From Bacilli bacterium (GTDB taxonomy: Bacteria; Bacillota_I; Bacilli_A; RFN20; CAG-826): a stretch of DNA of 64,000 bases. The notes under the pieces are model-generated. The model was not told the origin of the DNA. It ran no database searches and saw only the letters and a program-made list of their open reading frames with translations. Of the stretch, positions 41,860 to 49,171 are shown piece after piece. Positions within the stretch are counted from its first letter, which is position 1. Every line of letters starts with the position of its first letter. The translations under genes were made by a program, and so were the position numbers. Where the stretch lies: NCBI GenBank assembly GCA_035647455.1, contig DASRNI010000002.1:66051-130050 (forward strand). The letters are read 5' to 3'.

Positions 41860-43942
41860 TTTTAAGTGAATTAATAAAGTCTTCTTTACTTTCGGGGCGG
41901 GCGAAATAATAGCCTTGCCCTTCTTTTACGCCAAGCGAGACGAGAAACTCGTGATGAAATTTTTCTTCAATCCCTTCGGCAACAATTGTCGCGTTACTGT
42001 TTTGCAAGGCGGAAACTAAATTTTTATAAACGTTTTGTCCGTCCGTGTCGTTAACATCCTTCGGTAATACACTCATATCGATTTTAATTTCATCGAAACG
42101 GAAAGTATTAAGCAAGGTTAAACTTGAATGGCCGGCACTAAAGTCATCCATGCTAATTTTAAAACCGGCTTCATGTAAGATACCTAACTCTTTAATGAAG
42201 TGAATATCTTCACCCGCAGCTCGCTCGGTAATTTCGAGCATAATTTTCGCAGGGTCAATTTGATATTTAGTCATAATTTCCGCAAAGCGGTCAAGTGTAA
42301 TCTTGCGTAATGTGTACGGACTAACGTTTACACTCACCGTGAAGTTGTCCGTCTTAATTCCCGCTTTTTCTAAGTCGTGAAGTAGTAAACAAGCATTTTC
42401 TAAACTTTTTATGTCTAAGTCAGCAATATAGCCGTTTTTTTCAAAAGCGGTAATAAATGGTAACGGATTCGTAAACTTACCATCAACTTTAAAGCGACCT
42501 AAACTTTCCGCACCAATAAACTTCCCGGTTGTTAAGTCAACTTTTGCTTGATAGTACGATGCAAAGTCTTCGTTAATAATTTTCAAGTTCATCGCTGAAA
42601 GTGCTTTGTTGGCGATGTTTCCCGCTAAATAAGCATCATCAGTAAAGTGATAACGGTTATCAAGTTTAAATGGATTATTATCTTCAAGTAAATCAAGAAC
42701 AATGTTAATTTGCTGAACGGCATTATCACCAATTAAGTGAACGCCCAAAACTGCAAGTGTATGTTTATGAATTAATACTTTAAGAAAGAAGAGTTTACGA
42801 TTGGCAGTTCCGTCATCTTTTTCGATAATTTCTTGCTTAAGATAAGGCACGTTTTCAGCAATTAATTGTTCTTCGGTTTTTCCAAACATTCCGTATTGGT
42901 ATTCGCCAATAATTGTATGGACGAATTTTGATAGGTCGATCGGTTTCTTTTGCCCGATCATATGGTTAACCGCGACGATCCCTTCCGTTAGGGCAATCGT
43001 TGACTTTGCGTCAAATTCATTACTATTACCAACGGCATAAATGTTCGGAATGCTTGTTTGTAAATATTCGTTAACGATGACCCCTTTTTCATTTTGCGCG
43101 ATTGTTTCGTCGGCAATCTTTATTACATGTGGCTCAAAACCAGTTGCTAAAATTGTTCGATCAAACGATAAACTCTTCTTTTCACCATTAGCTTCGTAGT
43201 AGACCGTTTGTGCTTGAAATTTCTCGACATGAGCATGCTTCACTAATGTTAAGTTATCATTATCAATTAATGCTAAGTAGACATCGCGTAATTCACGATC
43301 AAGTCCAGTCAAAAAGTCACCACGGGTAATCATCGTTACTTTTGAACCAATTAAATTAAAAAGTACGGCAAGTTCAAATGCAATTGTGCCGCCACCAACG
43401 ATAACGAGATTTTCGGGAACTTCCGTAAGTTTTTCAACTTGATCAGCTTTAAGAATTAAGCCGATGTCATGACAAGTAGTACTTCCTGCACGTGTAAATT
43501 CCCGCAATTTTGATCCGGTTGCTAAAACAATAAATTTCGCTTGGTATGTTTCTCCATTAGCTTTTACTTCATTGCGACCAACAAGCTTTGCGTCAGCGTA
43601 AATAATTTCGAGTTTATTATGTTTTAAAAACGTTCCTAAAAAGTCTTCAAGATGGTTTTTGCGGACATCTTCCATTTCACTTAGTACTGCTTTTAAATCG
43701 AATTTCAAGTCGTGTTTTTCATCAACAAGAATTTCTTTTGTGCGTTTAAAAACAAGGGCAGCGTCATAAAGTTTTTTCATCAGTAAGTCGCCACCGTTAA
43801 ACGAGATACCGCCGAGTTTATCGCGTTCAAAAATAACGGTTCTAAGACCTGCCGCAATTGCGGTGAGCGCGGTATTAATCCCGGCAATTCCGCCCCCGAT
43901 AATAATTAAATCATATTTGTTGTTTATGTTACTCTTACTCAT
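41840..43942 (-). CDS. Fusion protein: FAD/NAD(P)-binding pyridine nucleotide-disulfide oxidoreductase-like domain (no redox CxxxxC) plus C-terminal EAL (c-di-GMP phosphodiesterase) domain
   Basis: At residues 10-40, IIIGGGIAG is the FAD motif. At residues 180-200, IVGGGTIAFE is the NAD motif. Residues 455-690 carry the EAL signatures ESLGR, VNVS, EITE, DDFSAGHSSL, KIDMS, AEGIE and QGYYF. Confidence 0.85.
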   Translation of the reverse strand: MSKSNINNKYDLIIIGGGIAGINTALTAIAAGLRTVIFERDKLGGISFNGGDLLMKKLYDAALVFKRTKEILVDEKHDLKFDLKAVLSEMEDVRKNHLEDFLGTFLKHNKLEIIYADAKLVGRNEVKANGETYQAKFIVLATGSKLREFTRAGSTTCHDIGLILKADQVEKLTEVPENLVIVGGGTIAFELAVLFNLIGSKVTMITRGDFLTGLDRELRDVYLALIDNDNLTLVKHAHVEKFQAQTVYYEANGEKKSLSFDRTILATGFEPHVIKIADETIAQNEKGVIVNEYLQTSIPNIYAVGNSNEFDAKSTIALTEGIVAVNHMIGQKKPIDLSKFVHTIIGEYQYGMFGKTEEQLIAENVPYLKQEIIEKDDGTANRKLFFLKVLIHKHTLAVLGVHLIGDNAVQQINIVLDLLEDNNPFKLDNRYHFTDDAYLAGNIANKALSAMNLKIINEDFASYYQAKVDLTTGKFIGAESLGRFKVDGKFTNPLPFITAFEKNGYIADLDIKSLENACLLLHDLEKAGIKTDNFTVSVNVSPYTLRKITLDRFAEIMTKYQIDPAKIMLEITERAAGEDIHFIKELGILHEAGFKISMDDFSAGHSSLTLLNTFRFDEIKIDMSVLPKDVNDTDGQNVYKNLVSALQNSNATIVAEGIEEKFHHEFLVSLGVKEGQGYYFARPESKEDFINSLKTNLRHK

Positions 43943-44072
43943 TGCAAATGTAATTATATCATTATAATGATATTTATCGCTGATAATGATGATTATTTGT
44001 CGAGAAACGCGTTACTGTGCATTTGTAAACTTCAAGTAACATTGCAAAACAAAGTTGTAGTAAAATAAATAT

Positions 44073-45041
44073 ATGCAAACAATATATTTAGCTGGCGGCT
44101 GTTTCTGGGGCGTCGAAGCTTATTTTAAACTAATTCCTGGTGTAAAAAAGACTGTAGTAGGTTACGCTAATTCACGCACGAAAAATCCGACATACCGTGA
44201 AGTTTGTTCCGGGCTTACAAATGCCGTTGAAGTTTGTGAAATTACATATAATCCGCAAGTTTTAAGTTTAGAACAGGCGCTTGAATACTTTTACCGCATT
44301 ATTGACCCAACAAAACTTAATAAACAAGGTGGCGATATCGGCACACAGTACCGCACGGGTGTTTATTATGTTAATAAGGAAGACGAAACGGTAATTAACG
44401 CAAGTTTAACGAAACTCCAAACAAAATATCACGAAAAAATCGTTGTTGAAAACAAAAAACTTGCGAACTTTTATCCAGCGGAACTATATCACCAAGATTA
44501 CTTAGAAAATAATCCGGATGGTTATTGTCACGTTGATTTAAGTTTATTAAAGGAAGACGAACGAAAAATTAATAAACCAAAAGTTTACAAAAGGTTACTC
44601 GAAGATGTAGATGCTCTTTTTAATGGGAACGCTCATGAACTAACCGTGATGAGTAATGTAAGTGCCTTAATTAAAGAAAGATTCCCGCGTGTTTCCTGGG
44701 TCGGTTTTTATTTAGTTCATAACGGTAAACTTATTCTCGGTCCTTTCCAAGGCAAAGTTGCCTGTAACGAAATAAAGTTTAATGCTGGTGTCTGCGGGCT
44801 AAGTTACCGCGAAGCAAGACCTGTCATTGTTAGTGACGTCTCTAGTTTCCCGGGTCACATTGCTTGCGATCCGTTGAGTCGGAGTGAAATCGTCGTACCG
44901 CTTTTTAATAAGGATGACGAAATAATTGGTGTCCTTGATTTAGATAGCGAGCATTATGATAATTTTGACGAAGAAGACGAATTATACTTAACAAAACTAA
45001 TTAATAAAATCAAAAAGTTTTTCAAGGAGGAAAAAAGATGA
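44073..45041 (+). CDS. msrA: Fusion of peptide methionine-S-sulfoxide reductase MsrA with a GAF-domain free methionine-R-sulfoxide reductase (fRMsr/MsrC)
   Basis: The N-terminus has GGCFWGVEAYF, the MsrA active site. The C-terminal half has GKVACNEI...GVCG...GHIACD, the three-Cys fRMsr signature. Confidence 0.88.
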   Translation: MQTIYLAGGCFWGVEAYFKLIPGVKKTVVGYANSRTKNPTYREVCSGLTNAVEVCEITYNPQVLSLEQALEYFYRIIDPTKLNKQGGDIGTQYRTGVYYVNKEDETVINASLTKLQTKYHEKIVVENKKLANFYPAELYHQDYLENNPDGYCHVDLSLLKEDERKINKPKVYKRLLEDVDALFNGNAHELTVMSNVSALIKERFPRVSWVGFYLVHNGKLILGPFQGKVACNEIKFNAGVCGLSYREARPVIVSDVSSFPGHIACDPLSRSEIVVPLFNKDDEIIGVLDLDSEHYDNFDEEDELYLTKLINKIKKFFKEEKR

Positions 45042-46138
45042 TTATAGGAACAGTAAAAGAAATTAAGCAATCAGAATACCGCGTCGGGCTAACACCAAAC
45101 GCGGCCCATGAATATATTATTAACGGCCATACGGTGCTCATTGAAAAAGGTGCGGGAATTGGTGCTGGTTTCCCTGATGAAGATTACATTAAAGCGGGTG
45201 TTAAAGTACTCGATACGGCCCGCGAAGTATGGGAAACGGCAGAAATGATTGTTAAAGTTAAAGAACCACTTGCCGAAGAGTACGTTTACTTCAGGCCTGG
45301 TTTAATAATTTACACATTTCTTCATTTAGCCGCAGATAAAGCGTTAACACTCGCAATGCTTGAAAAGCAGGTCACGGGCATTGCTTACGAAACAATTAGT
45401 GAAGACGGCATTACGCTCCCTGTTTTACGCCCAATGAGTGAAGCAGCGGGACGTCTTAGTGTGCTTGAAGGCGTTAAATATTTACAACGGCCGTTCGGTG
45501 GTCGCGGCTTACTCTTATCTGGTTTACCCGGCGTTAAGCGCGCACGCGTGATGATTATTGGAGCTGGTGTTGTCGGGATGAACGCGCTTAAAATGGCCGT
45601 AGGGCTTGAAGCTCGGGTAACAGTGCTTGATGTTAACTTACAACGCTTAACGGAAATCGATAGTCTTTACGGCAGTAAAGTAAGTACACTTTATAGTAGT
45701 GAAGCAAATATTCGCGAAACAATTAAAACCGCCGACTTAGTAATTGGCGCTGTCCTTATTCCTGGTGCAAAAGCACCGAAACTTATTAAGCGAGAGTATT
45801 ATAAAACAATGCGCGCGGGTAGTGTAATTGTGGACGTTGCGATTGATCAAGGTGGGGCAACAGAAGTTGGGCGACCGACAACGCACTTAGACCCTGTATT
45901 CCGTGTCGATAACATTACGCATTACTGTGTCGCTAATATGCCCGGCAGTGTTGCAATGACAACAACGGAAGCACTCAATAACGCGACAATTAGGTACGGC
46001 TTACAAATTGCCAAACACGGTGACGCTGCATTTAAAAATATCGCGATTAGACGCGGACTTAACACTTATCAAGGCAAAGTCGTTAATGCTAGCGTCGCTA
46101 ATGCTTTTGATTTAGAATTTATTGATGTAACGTTTTAG
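45038..46138 (+). CDS. ald: Alanine dehydrogenase
   Basis: MIIGTVKEIKQSEYRVGLTP and IIGAGVVGMNA motifs. An ATGA overlap links it to the msr fusion, and a strong AAGGAGG RBS is present. Confidence 0.93.
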   Translation: MIIGTVKEIKQSEYRVGLTPNAAHEYIINGHTVLIEKGAGIGAGFPDEDYIKAGVKVLDTAREVWETAEMIVKVKEPLAEEYVYFRPGLIIYTFLHLAADKALTLAMLEKQVTGIAYETISEDGITLPVLRPMSEAAGRLSVLEGVKYLQRPFGGRGLLLSGLPGVKRARVMIIGAGVVGMNALKMAVGLEARVTVLDVNLQRLTEIDSLYGSKVSTLYSSEANIRETIKTADLVIGAVLIPGAKAPKLIKREYYKTMRAGSVIVDVAIDQGGATEVGRPTTHLDPVFRVDNITHYCVANMPGSVAMTTTEALNNATIRYGLQIAKHGDAAFKNIAIRRGLNTYQGKVVNASVANAFDLEFIDVTF

Positions 46139-46144
46139 TTACAG

Positions 46145-46231
46145 GCCTCTATGGCGGAACTGGTAGACGCGTTAGACTCAAAATCTAATAGTAGAAGTAC
46201 TGTGTCGGTTCAAGTCCGACTAGAGGCACCA
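46145..46231 (+). tRNA. tRNA-Leu (anticodon CAA)
   Basis: Acceptor GCCTCTA/TAGAGGC, anticodon stem TTAGA/TCTAA with loop CTCAAAA, a long variable arm, T arm GTCGG-TTCAAGT-CCGAC, and an encoded CCA. Confidence 0.92.
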
Positions 46232-46470
46232 AATAAGCTCCCAAATCTTGAAGAGATATAATGAAAATGCCGACCCGACAAAACAGGCATTTCAATTATA
46301 ACCGAAGCCACACTTGATTATTAAAACTATTTAGAGTGTAACCGAAATGCAACATTTAACGGTTATATTATATTTGGAGATATTCCATCAATTAGCTTAT
46401 TTAATTTAGATTATAAACATTCAATGAATGTTTTTAGAGATTCTTTTACGGATTAATCAATAAACTACAA

Positions 46471-47055
46471 CTATTTCGTTTTCAAACTTAAATGAATTAA
46501 ATAGTACATTAAAAACATCGAAAAGATATAAATCGGGGCAGCGCTGATAAAGTAAATTGCGTTAAAACCAAAACTAATAAAGAGTGAAAGCGCGAGTGTC
46601 CAAATAAAGACGGTTAAACTAATATAAATTAACCAAATTTTCCGCCAGACAAGATTAAAAATATAAATAATTAAGCTTGAAGCGGTAACCGCGTAAATTA
46701 ATAAGTGCCAATCAGGAAAACTAATGTGAGCGAGTTGCAGCACAACAAAAATAATCCCAATTACCACCCACGGAATAAGCGCATAAAGAAAGGCGAGTGT
46801 TTGTTTACTAATTGGTCGCGCCATTCTTACCTTTCTAGCACGCGTCAAATCATCCACAGTAACACCAAAGATTGCGGAAAGTTCTTTGAGTGTAAATATA
46901 TCCGGGGTGCGTTCAGCGCGTTCCCAACTCGAAACAAGTTTATCACTGTAATTAATTTTTTCCGCAAGTTCAAGCTGCGTTAAGTTAAGTTTTTTACGGT
47001 AATAACTTATATTAGCGGCGATATTTCTTTTCACTGTATCGTAATCGTAATTCAT
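46471..47055 (-). CDS. Membrane-anchored XRE-family helix-turn-helix transcriptional regulator
   Basis: The N-terminal HTH reads LNLTQLELAEKINYSDKLVSSWERAERTP. The C-terminal half has about 4 hydrophobic helices. Confidence 0.8.
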   Translation of the reverse strand: MNYDYDTVKRNIAANISYYRKKLNLTQLELAEKINYSDKLVSSWERAERTPDIFTLKELSAIFGVTVDDLTRARKVRMARPISKQTLAFLYALIPWVVIGIIFVVLQLAHISFPDWHLLIYAVTASSLIIYIFNLVWRKIWLIYISLTVFIWTLALSLFISFGFNAIYFISAAPIYIFSMFLMYYLIHLSLKTK

Positions 47056-47083
47056 AGTCCTAATATACCATAAAAAGCGTGAT

Positions 47084-47098
47084 TCTACTATTAGTAGA
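47084..47098. promoter_or_regulatory. Perfect inverted repeat TCTACTA-T-TAGTAGA; candidate operator in the XRE/degV divergent region
   Basis: 15-nt palindrome, 29 nt upstream of the XRE start codon. Confidence 0.35.
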
Positions 47099-47196
47099 CT
47101 TAAAAATAAAACTCTACAAAACTTTCTTAAAGTGTAGGTTTACAGCTACTGGTTGCCCGTTTACAATAGAAATATACTAAAAAAGGAGTATTTACA

Positions 47197-48084
47197 ATGA
47201 AAGATTACATTATTAGTGCAGGAACAACTGCTGACTTAAGTTACGAACACTTTAAGCGTCGTAATATTAGTTATATTGATTTTTATTTTAATTTAGATGG
47301 CGTTGAGTACATTGATGACTTAGGGCGAACAATGTCGTTTAGTGATTTTTACAAAAAAATGGCTGAAGGCGCAATGTCGCGCACTTCGCAACCAAATACG
47401 GAACAATTCATCGCTTACTTTACCCCGTTTCTAGAAGCCGGGAAAGACGTCATTCACCTTTCACTTTCAAGTGCACTATCGGGTGAATTTAATAGTGCGC
47501 GGCTTGCGAAAGAAGAACTTGAAGAAAAGTATCCGGATCGTAAAATTTTTATCATCGACTCTAAAGCAGCGTCAGGTGGTTTCGGTCTTTTAGTCGATAA
47601 ACTCGCCGATCTTCGTGACGAAGGGATGGATATCACAAAACTTGCCGCTTGGACCGAACAAAATAAACTCCGGCTTAACCACTGGTTTTACACTACCGAC
47701 TTAAAGTACTTTGTGCGTGGTGGTCGGCTCACGAAGTTAAGTGGCTTTATGGGCAACTTACTTAATATTAATCCGCTCCTTCATGTTAATGAACTCGGTG
47801 AACTAATTCCGAAGTACAAAGTTGTTGGGCAACGCCGGGTGCAAATTAAAACACTCGACCTTGTCCGTGAACTTGCTGACGGTGGTTTAGAGTACGCTGA
47901 TAAAGTGTATATTAACCACGCCGAAATGCTTAGTGATGCGTTAAGTTTAGAACGAACAATTAAAAACCGTTTTAAAAATGTTACAGAAATTGTCATTAAT
48001 TACATTGGCACAACAATCGGCGCGCACACCGGACCAGGAACGGTCGCAATCTTCTTCTGGGGGAAAGCGCGCGATGAAAATTAA
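47197..48084 (+). CDS. DegV family fatty-acid-binding protein
   Basis: 295 aa with DegV-like sequence (SRTSQPN, FIIDSKAASGGFG). The RBS is AAAGGAG. Confidence 0.88.
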   Translation: MKDYIISAGTTADLSYEHFKRRNISYIDFYFNLDGVEYIDDLGRTMSFSDFYKKMAEGAMSRTSQPNTEQFIAYFTPFLEAGKDVIHLSLSSALSGEFNSARLAKEELEEKYPDRKIFIIDSKAASGGFGLLVDKLADLRDEGMDITKLAAWTEQNKLRLNHWFYTTDLKYFVRGGRLTKLSGFMGNLLNINPLLHVNELGELIPKYKVVGQRRVQIKTLDLVRELADGGLEYADKVYINHAEMLSDALSLERTIKNRFKNVTEIVINYIGTTIGAHTGPGTVAIFFWGKARDEN

Positions 48085-48640
48085 ATTTGCCAAAGTTATT
48101 CGTTTTATTTCGATTCCGCCGTTTGTCATTTCCTTATTAGCGCTGATTTTAAGCTTAACAAAAATGATTACGTGGCTAGAAGCACTATATGCCATTACTT
48201 TTTTAGGGGCAATAAGTCTTCTTGCTTATCCTTTTGCCGCGCTTATTGATAAAAACAAAGAAACACGGCGCAAAACAATGCGAAAGATGGCGTTTGTCTT
48301 TACGTTTATTGGTTATACCGCTGGTTTTATCTTTTCGCTCTTAATGCCATTAAGTGACGTTGCTAACTTGATCTTTCAAGCGTACTTTATTAGTGCAATC
48401 TTTCTTTTAATTACAAACGGAATTTTTAAATTTAAAGCAAGTGGCCATATGACAAGCATCACTGGTCCGCTCGTAATTCTGGCATTTTATTTACCAACTT
48501 ATGTGATAATTCCGTGTTTAATCTTTTACGTTCTCGTTTATTGGGCGTCGCTCATTTTAAAGCGCCATACACGCCTTGAAATGATTTTTGGGACAGTTAT
48601 TGTTTTCTTTGCATTTTTTGCCGTGCAGTTATTAGTCTAA
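48074..48640 (+). CDS. Polytopic membrane protein, function unknown
   Basis: About 188 aa with 5-6 hydrophobic segments. Start is ATG 48074, overlapping degV by 11 nt. The track start at 47978 lies inside degV. Confidence 0.6.
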   Translation: MKIKFAKVIRFISIPPFVISLLALILSLTKMITWLEALYAITFLGAISLLAYPFAALIDKNKETRRKTMRKMAFVFTFIGYTAGFIFSLLMPLSDVANLIFQAYFISAIFLLITNGIFKFKASGHMTSITGPLVILAFYLPTYVIIPCLIFYVLVYWASLILKRHTRLEMIFGTVIVFFAFFAVQLLV

Positions 48641-48699
48641 AATTACGGTAAAAATCACTATAATTTATGCTAAAATAAAAGTAACTAAGGTTACTTCTT

Positions 48700-49161
48700 A
48701 TGAAAAATAAACGCACAAAGAAACGTTATTATTTAATTACTTGTAAATTTGGCCATGTTGGTCGCGATAAATATTTACCGCTTGTCGTTCCCGTTAAGGC
48801 ACGGGACGCTAAAGAAGCAAGTGACTGTGCGCGCAACGTTGGCGGGGTCAAGAAAAACCATAAAGATTGGTGTTTAGAAGAACCGCGTGAAGTCGATGAA
48901 GCGACTTTTTCCGCAGCGTTAGAAGCGTTTCGTAATGATCCGTACTGGGATAAAAAGACGCGGTCGAATAAAAAGCTTTTTCGTGACCGACTCGTTGATG
49001 AGCCGAACTATACGCGTCACCGCGGGATTAAAACAAATACGGTGACCTTTAAAAAACCGACAAGTCGGCAAATTAAAAGTTATCACCGAAAGCGCAGTAA
49101 AGTGCGGCGTGAAGAATATGAAAACATTATTCGTGATAACGAAGAGTATGACGAATATTAA
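48700..49161 (+). CDS. Highly basic hypothetical protein with an acidic tail
   Basis: 153 aa, Lys/Arg-rich (KRTKKRYY..., HRKRSKVRRE), ending in EEYDEY. No family recognised. Confidence 0.55.
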   Translation: MKNKRTKKRYYLITCKFGHVGRDKYLPLVVPVKARDAKEASDCARNVGGVKKNHKDWCLEEPREVDEATFSAALEAFRNDPYWDKKTRSNKKLFRDRLVDEPNYTRHRGIKTNTVTFKKPTSRQIKSYHRKRSKVRREEYENIIRDNEEYDEY

Positions 49162-49171
49162 AGTTTAAAAA

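Noticed and set aside
46232-46470. Integrated-element remnant downstream of tRNA-Leu (240 nt of AT-rich non-coding DNA with several short hairpins)
   Set aside because: There is no integrase, no repeat of the tRNA 3' end, and no recognisable coding remnant. The hairpins are short and AT-rich.
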